A stretch of DNA of 64,000 nt from a virus, in the IMG/VR virus record IMGVR_UViG_3300037475_000199, positions 1 to 64,000 of that record, one strand, 5' to 3'. The notes under the pieces are model-generated. The model saw only the letters and a list, made by a program, of their open reading frames with translations. It ran no database searches and was not told the origin of the DNA. A program made the position numbers and the translations under genes. Below are positions 16,876 through 25,097 of the stretch, in pieces (the stretch's first letter is position 1; each line of letters opens with the position of its first letter).

Positions 16876-17397
16876 ATGTCTAATGATGAAACTATATCTG
16901 GCTTAACTCAATTGCTATCGAACCATTCATGGTTTAATGGTGTAGGTGTTGATAATTTTGGTAAACTTATTGTTTATGTAAGTCATGCTACATTAGAAAT
17001 TATGAATGCCATTCCAGATAAATTTGAAAATAAAAGAGTTGTTTGGCAATATGCATCTTCAAAATCTGAGGTTGTTGCTGCAAAATATGCTGTAGTATAT
17101 AAACCTACTTATCATAATGCGCCAATTTATGTTCCTAATATTATTCCAGTGGATCAACCACTTCCAAAATATACTGAATCTGATATTGAACCAGACCTTA
17201 AATTTTTAATATCAGAACTTGATCGTTTAGAAAAACTTTGCGGATCAAGAGTGCTACAAGACTTGTTTTATGAAGTACATGATGGAAAAAATTCAGTAAC
17301 AACCTTAAAGAATAAATTTCCAGAAATCTATGATGATGTTTTAGATTTATATGAAGAGTTTGGGTTTGATATTATGTATAATGAGTTAGATGGCTAA
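16876..17397 (+). CDS. hypothetical protein
   Basis: ORF only. Confidence 0.4.
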   Translation: MSNDETISGLTQLLSNHSWFNGVGVDNFGKLIVYVSHATLEIMNAIPDKFENKRVVWQYASSKSEVVAAKYAVVYKPTYHNAPIYVPNIIPVDQPLPKYTESDIEPDLKFLISELDRLEKLCGSRVLQDLFYEVHDGKNSVTTLKNKFPEIYDDVLDLYEEFGFDIMYNELDG

Positions 17398-17726
17398 TGT
17401 CTGATAAAAAAGAAATAAGAAGAAAATTTAGAGATGTATGCTTAAAACGCGACAAGATTACATGCGCAAAGTGTGGTCTTAAAGCAAAAAATATGGAAGA
17501 AGCATTAAAAATCTTTGACGTTCATCATATTACAGACAGAAAAGAAATGCCCAACGGCGGATATGTTTTAGAGAATGGAATTACTTTATGTCACGAGTGT
17601 CATGTTAAGGCAGAAGAATTTCACTCTACAGGGAATGCTGTTCCAGGATATTCGATTAAAGAGTTGTATATTGTAATTAATTCTAATTATGATGCAGCAG
17701 TAAAAGCAAGTGAAAAACTAAAATGA
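17397..17726 (+). CDS. small HNH endonuclease
   Basis: CAKCG...HH...NG..LCHECH gives the HNH motif with a zinc ligand pattern. Confidence 0.5.
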   Translation: MSDKKEIRRKFRDVCLKRDKITCAKCGLKAKNMEEALKIFDVHHITDRKEMPNGGYVLENGITLCHECHVKAEEFHSTGNAVPGYSIKELYIVINSNYDAAVKASEKLK

Positions 17727-17962
17727 ATTATTTATTAGTAAATGATGAGCCCTTTCCAAGGGAATTCATTTTAGTTAAAGAACATCATACAATACCAATT
17801 GGCACTCATTATGTTATTGAACCGGCAGCTGCCTATCATTCTGTTGTTAAAATGAAAAATGGAAAAGAGTTTGAGTGCAATATAACTCATAAAGTCCTAT
17901 TAGAGTTTACTGTAAAGCCATGTACAGTTGAACAGTTTTTAAAATTTAAATTATTTATATGA
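17723..17962 (+). CDS. 'LKxF-tail' family small protein
   Basis: Ends ...FLKFKLFI. ATGA-coupled. Confidence 0.45.
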   Translation: MNYLLVNDEPFPREFILVKEHHTIPIGTHYVIEPAAAYHSVVKMKNGKEFECNITHKVLLEFTVKPCTVEQFLKFKLFI

Positions 17963-18210
17963 AATATTTAAAGATAAATGATGAAAAGATTCCCTCAGAA
18001 GTTTTAATAACTTTTATTGATCGTTTAGGTAAAGAACAAACCAATCATTATTGTTTCAGATCTTCTAAAAGTAAAACATATTTAATATGTCACACAATAA
18101 ATGGAAAGATTTTAAAAAATATAATAAATTATTTCATGCAATTTATATTAAGTAATCCACATACTCCCATGACTTTAAAGAAATTTAAAAAATTAAAAGC
18201 ATTTATCTAA
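17959..18210 (+). CDS. 'LKxF-tail' family small protein
   Basis: Ends ...LKKFKKLKAFI. Confidence 0.45.
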   Translation: MKYLKINDEKIPSEVLITFIDRLGKEQTNHYCFRSSKSKTYLICHTINGKILKNIINYFMQFILSNPHTPMTLKKFKKLKAFI

Positions 18211-18239
18211 ATGCTAATATTTTAACATATATGTAACTC

Positions 18240-18268
18240 TTGCAATTAAGGAGGAAACGATTTAAAAT
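18240..18268 (+). promoter_or_regulatory. possible sigma70-like promoter (TTGCAA-17-TAAAAT)
   Basis: Hexamers at the correct spacing, upstream of the gene at 18312. Confidence 0.3.
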
Positions 18269-18311
18269 TTCTCAAAACTGTTAATAGATAATTGATTTAT
18301 GGAGTTGCACA

Positions 18312-18659
18312 ATGAATGCACTAGATTTAGATACTTTAAGTTACTTGCACGCCGAGATAGTTGATTCTAATGAAGAATTTAGTATTCCTTTAGATATTTC
18401 CGACATTATTAATATTTGTAGAGAATATAGTAATTTAGGCTGGCAAGTTCAAAATCAAGTAGAACAAATACTCGAAGTGGGAGTCGAAGAGTCTATAAAA
18501 TCCGGTTTTGTAAAAAAAGAATCGTTACCTCATATTAAAAATTTCTTAATAAGTATTCACTCTAATCCTTATTGGGGAGACGCTTCAGCACAAGCAGATA
18601 TTTGTGTAAAATTAATTTCTAAATATGAATTAAATCAAAAATCTGATAACCTAAATTAA
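18312..18659 (+). CDS. hypothetical protein
   Basis: ORF only. Confidence 0.4.
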   Translation: MNALDLDTLSYLHAEIVDSNEEFSIPLDISDIINICREYSNLGWQVQNQVEQILEVGVEESIKSGFVKKESLPHIKNFLISIHSNPYWGDASAQADICVKLISKYELNQKSDNLN

Positions 18660-18667
18660 GTTGAAAT

Positions 18668-19051
18668 ATGGAAGTTATTGATAATATAAATAATGTATAT
18701 GTTATTAAAAGAAACCTGGCAATTTTAAAAAGATTAGATCCTGAAGGTCATTTTGAATATTCGGTGGGTAATTTTATTTTAAAAATATTTACTCACCGGG
18801 TAGGATCTCAACCCATTGATAATAAGAATGATAGAGTTACTTTTTATGATAAAGTAGACGTTAATCTTTATGAAAAAATAAATGGTTTAGCGAACTATAT
18901 TAAAGTTTTTAGTGATACAAGATTTAGCTCTTGTCCTGCCATTCATTTTGAAGGATCAAATTTTTATGATTTAAATGGATTACCGCTTATTAATCTTTGT
19001 GAGTTAATCAAATTTTTATGTAAAATATCTAACCTATCAGCTTTTTTATGA
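18668..19051 (+). CDS. hypothetical protein with LSAFL tail ('LKxF-tail' family, divergent)
   Basis: Ends ...KFLCKISNLSAFL. Confidence 0.4.
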   Translation: MEVIDNINNVYVIKRNLAILKRLDPEGHFEYSVGNFILKIFTHRVGSQPIDNKNDRVTFYDKVDVNLYEKINGLANYIKVFSDTRFSSCPAIHFEGSNFYDLNGLPLINLCELIKFLCKISNLSAFL

Positions 19052-19058
19052 GGTTTTC

Positions 19059-19589
19059 ATGATTATATTTCTTATTGCCATTACATTGTCTTTTATAGTA
19101 ACAAATCTTTTTGGTTGGGTGGTACATTTTATTTTACATAGAAAAGAGGCTAAACAGTTTAATGCTTCGCATATGGCTCATCATTTAAAACTTTATCCGC
19201 CAACTGATTTTTTCTCAGATGTTTATAGAGATGCTGGTAATGATAGTACTCCTAAATTTTTTATTGTTGCTGCTATACCAATGCTACTATCTGTAGCATT
19301 TTTTTGGTGGCTTGGAATAATTTCTTTCTTTGTTGCTTGTTGTTCTTGGTCAACTATGATTGGCGTGGGATTATTGGATAATTTTCTTCATGATGCCTTT
19401 CATATTAGAAATCATTGGCTTAATCGTGTGCCTTTAATAAATAGATGGTATGATGTATTAGTTAAGTTACATTTCCTTCATCATTGTGATATGACTAGAA
19501 ATTATGGAATATTTAATTTTATGTGGGACCGCATTTTAAAAACTTTTTGGGATAAAAGAGATTTTATTATCACTGATATAAGGAAATAA
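19059..19589 (+). CDS. fatty-acid hydroxylase superfamily membrane oxygenase (CrtZ/sterol-desaturase-like)
   Basis: Four histidine boxes: HFILH, HMAHH, HDAFHIRNH and HFLHH. Several TM segments. About 176 aa, like CrtZ. Confidence 0.5.
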   Translation: MIIFLIAITLSFIVTNLFGWVVHFILHRKEAKQFNASHMAHHLKLYPPTDFFSDVYRDAGNDSTPKFFIVAAIPMLLSVAFFWWLGIISFFVACCSWSTMIGVGLLDNFLHDAFHIRNHWLNRVPLINRWYDVLVKLHFLHHCDMTRNYGIFNFMWDRILKTFWDKRDFIITDIRK

Positions 19590-19769
19590 TATGAACATTG
19601 TAAAAATAATTTTAATAAGTTTAAGTTTATCAGGTTGTGCTCATTGTGCTTATGGTTATTCTTCTGCTTGTGGTGATACAACAGTAAATGACGATAAAGA
19701 TCAGAATCAAGATCAAAACAAAGATTCTAAAGATAAAAAAGAAGATCATCCTTCCACTGGCTGGAATTG
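19590..19769 (+). CDS. small secreted lipoprotein (59 aa)
   Basis: MNIVKIILISLSLSGCA is a signal peptide with an L-S-G-C lipobox. A D/K/Q-rich tail follows. Not in the ORF track because it is under 60 aa. Confidence 0.45.
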
Positions 19770-19771
19770 AA

Positions 19772-20452
19772 ATGATTAATAAAGATAAAATTATTCAAGA
19801 AATTTACGCCATTACTAATGGTGAAGATGCTTGTGAATATATGTACCAAGACTTTCCTGATGTTAGTAAACATTTTGATACAGTAAATCAAATTTTAGCT
19901 GAAATAGATTTAAATAGAGTTGATCCACAATTTTTATATATGTTTCTTCTTATTACCTCTCATTATATTAATGAGTTGAGTAACTATAGATCTTTTTATT
20001 ATAAAGTTATAGGGGCAGCAATTCATCAAGGTTATTCTGAAAAAAGAATAAATAATTTATATGGAAAATACAAATTAGGTATGAAGCCTTATTATAATCC
20101 AAATGCGATACCATATAAGTCTCCAGATGAAAGAGAAGAAGAAAAATTACAATCAAAAATTGATTGGGCATTTACTAATGACAAAGAATTATATTATATT
20201 TTAACAGATTTTAAAAATAATAAAGATTATTATAATGAATCCAAAAGAAAATATCAGTTAATGTCTTCTCTATTTGAAGAAGATCAAATAAAAGAAAAAA
20301 CAGTGGAAGCATTAAGGGCTATGGCAGATCGAATTGAAAGTGATCACATGCTACTTGTTCACGCAGATCTTCCAAAATTACCTATTTTTAGTGATGATAA
20401 TTTTTATTCTTCTATAGAAGTTCAAATTATAGCAGGTCCAATGGGCGGATAA
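19772..20452 (+). CDS. hypothetical protein
   Basis: Start moved to ATG 19772. The track's start at 19688 lies in low-complexity sequence that overlaps the lipoprotein gene. Confidence 0.4.
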   Translation: MINKDKIIQEIYAITNGEDACEYMYQDFPDVSKHFDTVNQILAEIDLNRVDPQFLYMFLLITSHYINELSNYRSFYYKVIGAAIHQGYSEKRINNLYGKYKLGMKPYYNPNAIPYKSPDEREEEKLQSKIDWAFTNDKELYYILTDFKNNKDYYNESKRKYQLMSSLFEEDQIKEKTVEALRAMADRIESDHMLLVHADLPKLPIFSDDNFYSSIEVQIIAGPMGG

Positions 20453-20710
20453 ATGGCTGATTCAAATCCTAACTTTAATTTTTTTATGTTTAAAAACAAT
20501 GGATATACAATCCAAGTAATAATTAAATTTAATAACAATAAATTAGAATTAAAGTTAAAGTTTTTTGATATTAATTATAATTTAATTGGAAATAGTTCTT
20601 TAAATTTTAATATAATAAATAGAAAAATTAAATGGGAACAACCTGTTTGGATAAGCCAAGATTGTATGGATTACTGTGACAAACTCTTAAATTTAAGAGC
20701 ATTTGCATGA
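20453..20710 (+). CDS. 'LKxF-tail' family small protein
   Basis: Ends ...DYCDKLLNLRAFA. Confidence 0.45.
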   Translation: MADSNPNFNFFMFKNNGYTIQVIIKFNNNKLELKLKFFDINYNLIGNSSLNFNIINRKIKWEQPVWISQDCMDYCDKLLNLRAFA

Positions 20711-20955
20711 TAAGTTATAGGTTTTCAGATAAGGGCAAAATTTTTTCTAAAACTGATTATATTATTTTTATTAATTCTAACTTTATTGAAATTGATTTTC
20801 ATATTTATAATAAAGGTAAAATATTAATCTCTACTTCGGCTGAATTTAAAATTGATAATAGTTCTATTAATTGGAATGAACGATTAATAGAATTTATTTC
20901 TGATGAATGTAAAGAATATTGTAATAAGTTGATAAAATTAAAAGCATTTACGTAA
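20707..20955 (+). CDS. 'LKxF-tail' family small protein
   Basis: Ends ...EYCNKLIKLKAFT. ATGA overlap. Confidence 0.45.
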   Translation: MISYRFSDKGKIFSKTDYIIFINSNFIEIDFHIYNKGKILISTSAEFKIDNSSINWNERLIEFISDECKEYCNKLIKLKAFT

Positions 20956-20980
20956 TTTCCAAGAAAGCAATTAAAGATTT

Positions 20981-21589
20981 ATGCAAAAAATACAAATTGT
21001 AATAGGGGCAGATGAATGTGGCTATGGCTCACTTGCTGGACCATTAGTAGTTTGTGGCGTAAGGGCTCCAGAAAATTGGACTATGTCAGGATTAAAGGAC
21101 TCGAAAAAATTTAAAGATTCGAAGGGCTTGACAGCGCACCAACAACGACAAATAGTATCTGATGAACTTCAGAAAAGGATCGCTAACAAAGAAATTTCAT
21201 TTCATATTGCTGAAAGATCCAATTCTCAAATTGATTCGACTGGTGTAGCTGTTGCTTTAAAAGATTCTTTTGTAGAAATTTTTAAAGCACTATATAGTAA
21301 TGATGATAGAATTATTACTGACGGAATTTTAAATTTCAAATCTTATAATCTTAATTTTTCAATTGAATCCATTGTAAAGGCTGATGATAAATTTGCTACA
21401 GTAATGGCAGCATCTATTATCGCAAAAGCTTATAGAGATAGTAAAATGAAGTCATTGCACTTATTACATCCTATGTATGGGTGGGAGTCAAATTCTGGTT
21501 ATGGATCAAAAGATCATTTAGATGCAATAAATAAATTTGGACCATGCTTATTGCATCGGTTTTCATATGCTCCAATGAAGAATATGTAA
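20981..21589 (+). CDS. rnhB: ribonuclease HII-like
   Basis: N-terminal IGADECGYGSLAGPLVV matches the RNase HII GIDEAGRGPLAGPVV catalytic motif. Confidence 0.6.
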   Translation: MQKIQIVIGADECGYGSLAGPLVVCGVRAPENWTMSGLKDSKKFKDSKGLTAHQQRQIVSDELQKRIANKEISFHIAERSNSQIDSTGVAVALKDSFVEIFKALYSNDDRIITDGILNFKSYNLNFSIESIVKADDKFATVMAASIIAKAYRDSKMKSLHLLHPMYGWESNSGYGSKDHLDAINKFGPCLLHRFSYAPMKNM

Positions 21590-21622
21590 TCCTAACCAAT
21601 TAAAATTATTTAAAGACGTGTA

Positions 21623-22324
21623 ATGAATTTATGTTTATTTTGTAATAAGGAAATTGTTAATAAAAATAATAAATTTTGTAATCGTAGTTGTGCAGCTTCT
21701 TTTAATAATTTAAAGAGGCATCAAGAAGGGTATACTTTAAATGGCAAATCAAAAGTTTTAAATTGTTTAGATTGTAAGGTAGAATTAATTGTGCCACTTA
21801 ACTCCTCTAATTCTATTAGGTGTACAGATTGTTATTTGCACCACATTAACAATAAAGAAATAATTTGCGCAAAATGTAATGAAAAGTTTGTTGGAGCATA
21901 TTATAGAGAATATTGCAATGATTGTTTGCATTTGATTCGCGTAGAACAAGGTAGAATTGGTGGCTTAATAAGAAATACAATCAGAGTTAAACGCTCCAAA
22001 AACGAAATACACTTTGTAAATTTATGTATAGATTATTTTGGTATTGATAATGTGTTGTTAAATGAATCTATGTTTGATGGTTGGGACGCAGATGTTATAA
22101 TAAAAGTTTTAAAAATTGCTGTTTTATGGAATGGGAAATGGCATTATGAAAAAATAACTGAAAAACATTCTTTGTCTCAAGTTCAAAATAGAGATAAAAT
22201 AAAAAAAGACATTATAATGAAATATGGATATATTCCATATATAATAAAGGACATGGGAAGTGAATCAATATTATTTGTTAAAGATGAATTTGATAAATTT
22301 GTTGAATATAGTAAATTAGTTTAA
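21623..22324 (+). CDS. Zn-finger-rich hypothetical protein
   Basis: Multiple CxxC pairs in the N-terminal half. The 3' end overlaps tRNA-Met by about 15 nt. Confidence 0.4.
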   Translation: MNLCLFCNKEIVNKNNKFCNRSCAASFNNLKRHQEGYTLNGKSKVLNCLDCKVELIVPLNSSNSIRCTDCYLHHINNKEIICAKCNEKFVGAYYREYCNDCLHLIRVEQGRIGGLIRNTIRVKRSKNEIHFVNLCIDYFGIDNVLLNESMFDGWDADVIIKVLKIAVLWNGKWHYEKITEKHSLSQVQNRDKIKKDIIMKYGYIPYIIKDMGSESILFVKDEFDKFVEYSKLV

Positions 22325-22383
22325 TGGTAAAACCTCTGTCTCATAAGCAGAAGACAACGGATCGTAACCGTTATTTACTACCA
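22310..22383 (+). tRNA. tRNA-Met (CAT) (elongator or Ile2-type; unusual T-loop)
   Basis: A1:U72 acceptor, AGTAAAT pairing with ATTTACT. D-arm GTTTAATGGTAAAAC. Anticodon stem TCTGT/GCAGA with loop CTCATAA. T-arm AACGG-ATCGTAA-CCGTT has A54. A73 with CCA. Confidence 0.6.
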
Positions 22384-22413
22384 ATGTTGGTTCGAATCCA
22401 ATTATCAGCACCA
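22384..22413 (+). other. orphan tRNA 3'-half (T-arm plus acceptor 3' strand plus CCA)
   Basis: ATGTTGG-TTCGAAT-CCAAT followed by TATCAGC-A-CCA. No matching 5' acceptor strand (GCTGATA) occurs upstream. Confidence 0.45.
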
Positions 22414-22420
22414 ATTAATT

Positions 22421-22666
22421 ATGTATTATACACAAACTATTAAAGATAAAATTTACACCATGCATTTCACTGGTGAAGGGCTAGGAACTTTATGGGTAAG
22501 ATCTGTTGACGGCGCAAACAAATATTATTCCAACTCTACTATAGTATTTAAAAAGAGTGGTAAAATAAGATATGGAAAAGAAAACGGCTGGCATTTACCA
22601 GTTGAATTCATGATTAATTGCGATAAGATTTATAAAAGACTTTTAAAAATAAACGCTTTTATTTAA
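22421..22666 (+). CDS. 'LKxF-tail' family small protein
   Basis: Ends ...IYKRLLKINAFI. Confidence 0.45.
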   Translation: MYYTQTIKDKIYTMHFTGEGLGTLWVRSVDGANKYYSNSTIVFKKSGKIRYGKENGWHLPVEFMINCDKIYKRLLKINAFI

Positions 22667-23094
22667 TCACCAGCAATCATTTCGCCGGAACTTTCAGGTT
22701 TATAAGTCAAATTCATAGCAAATTGACTATAATTGATAGATTTACCATCATACATACTAGGAAATAATTCCCAATTTTTATTTAGGTATTTTTCTATTTG
22801 AACAACTAATGGCTGATATTTAGCAGTTAAATTGCTAGGAGAAACATCAAAATTTAATACTTTAATACTTTTAAAGCCTAAAGTATCATTTCTGACAACT
22901 ACAAAGTTAATAGTAGCTCCATCAGAATTAATCATTAATGGGAAATTTAATATCCCAATATTAGATAAAGCTGCATTTTTTATGGCTTGCCAAATGGATT
23001 TTTCTATTTCTGGTTTAATAGAATTAGCATTAATGGAAGCATATTTCTTGATCCAAGTCTCACCCAAAGTTATTAAATAGTCTGTTCTCTTCAT
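22663..23094 (-). CDS. hypothetical protein (minus strand)
   Basis: 143-aa ORF convergent with the array. Its start codon is followed by a tRNA pair. Confidence 0.4.
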   Translation of the reverse strand: MKRTDYLITLGETWIKKYASINANSIKPEIEKSIWQAIKNAALSNIGILNFPLMINSDGATINFVVVRNDTLGFKSIKVLNFDVSPSNLTAKYQPLVVQIEKYLNKNWELFPSMYDGKSINYSQFAMNLTYKPESSGEMIAGD

Positions 23095-23127
23095 AAGTGA
23101 TATATGATTTTAGTGACATAAATTTAT

Positions 23128-23202
23128 CGGTAATTAACTCAGAGGTAGAGTGCTACTCTAACACGATGGAAGTCACTGGTTCAAATCCAGTATTATCGAC
23201 CA
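23128..23202 (+). tRNA. aberrant tRNA (anticodon loop CTAACAC reads AAC; Val-like duplicate?)
   Basis: Acceptor CGGTAAT pairs with ATTATCG. D-arm ACTCAGAGGTAGAGT. Weak anticodon stem CTACT/GATGG with one mismatch and two G-U pairs. T-arm ACTGG-TTCAAAT-CCAGT. CCA present. Confidence 0.4.
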
Positions 23203-23206
23203 TTAT

Positions 23207-23280
23207 GCCCGATTAACTTAGTGATAAAGTGCTGGTTTTACAAGCCGGAATCGAAAGTTTGATTCTTTCATCGGGTACCA
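23207..23280 (+). tRNA. tRNA-Val (TAC)
   Basis: Acceptor GCCCGAT pairs with ATCGGGT. D-arm ACTTAGTGATAAAGT. Anticodon loop TTTACAA. T-arm GAAAG-TTTGATT-CTTTC. A73 with CCA. Confidence 0.65.
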
Positions 23281-23286
23281 TATATT

Positions 23287-23568
23287 ATGCAAAAAGAATT
23301 TTATGAAATTTACAACTCATTAAAAGATGAAACTAGATTTTTATCTTTTCATGATACAGAAAATCCTCATTTTAAACAGTTAATTGCAATGGGAAATGAA
23401 ACAATTCCCTTATTACTAAATAATTTGTGGGATAGTTGGTGGGCAATCATCGCATTACATACTCTAACAAGAGGCGCCTGTCAAATTGCCAAAGAAGATT
23501 TAGGAAGATTTGATTTGATCTCAGAGGCTTGGTATCGTTGGGGACAATTGGAGGGATATATTAAATGA
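23287..23568 (+). CDS. hypothetical protein
   Basis: ORF only. Confidence 0.4.
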   Translation: MQKEFYEIYNSLKDETRFLSFHDTENPHFKQLIAMGNETIPLLLNNLWDSWWAIIALHTLTRGACQIAKEDLGRFDLISEAWYRWGQLEGYIK

Positions 23569-23711
23569 TTTATTACCCACTTGGTAGTTATTTAAATAGT
23601 TTATTGGATAAATTATTTCGTACAAGATTTTTTAGTGATGAAGTTTTTACAAATAAAGTAATTATTTTATTATATTTAGTTGGCGTTACATTGGCAATTT
23701 GTTTACGATAA

Positions 23712-24008
23712 ATGTATATTTATAAAAATCATACAGACACTCATTTACTTTCTGTTGAAATGAAATTTATAAAGATGTCTAAAAAAACTGTTGGATATGA
23801 TAAAGGTATTTGTATTGAAATAAAAGGATATACGATTGATGATTATAATTTTGAATATACTTTAGGATCATATTCTTATCCATATCCAATTTTTGAAGGA
23901 GAAATTTTATGGAATCCTCTATCTAAAATGGACAAAGAATTTGATATAGATGTGGCGGATTTAAAAAAGTTTTGTGAAAAAATAGTAAAGTTAAAAATAT
24001 TTGAATGA
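23712..24008 (+). CDS. 'LKxF-tail' family small protein
   Basis: Ends ...FCEKIVKLKIFE. Confidence 0.45.
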   Translation: MYIYKNHTDTHLLSVEMKFIKMSKKTVGYDKGICIEIKGYTIDDYNFEYTLGSYSYPYPIFEGEILWNPLSKMDKEFDIDVADLKKFCEKIVKLKIFE

Positions 24009-24244
24009 AATTTATATATAAAGACAAATATGTTCCAAACTTAAATATTTCAGTAATTTTGGCAGATAATAATTTTGGAGTATATGTGGATGATTATCCT
24101 TACAATTTTGATAATGATATGGTATTTGAAGGTACTTTAAAAAATGTGGTTGAGTGGCATTATGCCTTTGTTGAATATAATATTGATGCCCATGCACTTA
24201 AAAGATTTTGTAGGTGTTTAATAAAAAATAAAGCTTTTATCTGA
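24005..24244 (+). CDS. 'LKxF-tail' family small protein
   Basis: Ends ...FCRCLIKNKAFI. ATGA overlap. Confidence 0.45.
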   Translation: MKFIYKDKYVPNLNISVILADNNFGVYVDDYPYNFDNDMVFEGTLKNVVEWHYAFVEYNIDAHALKRFCRCLIKNKAFI

Positions 24245-24270
24245 CTAATAAGCAGATATATACAATACAC

Positions 24271-24345
24271 GCGAATGTAGTTCAATGGTAGAATCCGAGT
24301 TTTCCAAACTCGCTGTTGCAGGTTCAAGTCCTGTCGTTCGCTCCA
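24271..24345 (+). tRNA. tRNA-Gly (TCC)
   Basis: Acceptor GCGAATG pairs with CGTTCGC. D-arm GTTCAATGGTAGAAT. Anticodon stem CGAGT/ACTCG with loop TTTCCAA. T-arm GCAGG-TTCAAGT-CCTGT. U73 with CCA. Confidence 0.7.
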
Positions 24346-24460
24346 CATGAAAGTTACAAAAAACTAGTATAGTACAAGAAATTTATGGAGCTATTCAAGA
24401 ATTTGGTAATTTTAACAACTCTAAGTGGATAATTAAGCAATAATAAAGTATAATATTAAT

Positions 24461-24544
24461 GCGGGTGTCGCATAGTGGCGATTGCGTCAGTTTTCCAAAC
24501 TGAAAATAAAAACACCGAAGGTTCGAGTCCTTTCACCCGCACCA
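24461..24544 (+). tRNA. tRNA-like gene with TCC anticodon loop and 13-nt unpaired variable region (aberrant Gly duplicate?)
   Basis: Acceptor GCGGGTG pairs with CACCCGC. Anticodon stem TCAGT/ACTGA with loop TTTCCAA. Variable region AAATAAAAACACC. T-arm GAAGG-TTCGAGT-CCTTT. A73 with CCA. Confidence 0.45.
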
Positions 24545-24625
24545 TAAGACGAATGTAGATAAGGTTGAGTTAAACATTTTTGTTTATGATAAAACTTTAT
24601 CGCTCTTAGTCGTCTTAATTATATT

Positions 24626-25036
24626 ATGAATTTTTTAAATTTAAATGAAGTAAAAGAATGTTTGAGTGCTTTAAATAGAGTGCAAGACAATTTATTTGCA
24701 GATAATTTTGAATCGTTAAAAATAAATAATTTTAAAATAGAATTTCGAGCAGGACAACATAGTTTTTGTTATCCAAGACAAAAACTAAAATGTATCATAG
24801 ACTACGAATCAATTCAAATAAGTATATCTGACTATAATGAAGCCGGCATTATTTCAATGATCCGACCATTAAAAGATAATAGACTTTCATATTTTAGTTG
24901 GGCAAATTGCTTTTCTTTCAAAACTAATCGGCAGCTTGTTCAAGCTAGTTATATTGGTTGTAATATACCGATTTCTACTGCTTGTCAAATAGTTAAAGAT
25001 CTTTATAAGGTAAGTCAGCTCAAAACTTTTTTCTAA
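24626..25036 (+). CDS. hypothetical protein with QLKTFF tail (family-like)
   Basis: Ends ...YKVSQLKTFF. Confidence 0.4.
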   Translation: MNFLNLNEVKECLSALNRVQDNLFADNFESLKINNFKIEFRAGQHSFCYPRQKLKCIIDYESIQISISDYNEAGIISMIRPLKDNRLSYFSWANCFSFKTNRQLVQASYIGCNIPISTACQIVKDLYKVSQLKTFF

Positions 25037-25097
25037 AATTAGTGCCCCTTGACACCTAATTTATAAAATTTAACTTAAGGGTACAGAGGATTATAAT

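Noticed and set aside
25049-25080. TTGACA upstream of tsf considered as a promoter.
   Set aside because: No acceptable -10 hexamer sits at 16-18 nt spacing. The best candidates are TAACTT or TTAAGG. Left uncalled.
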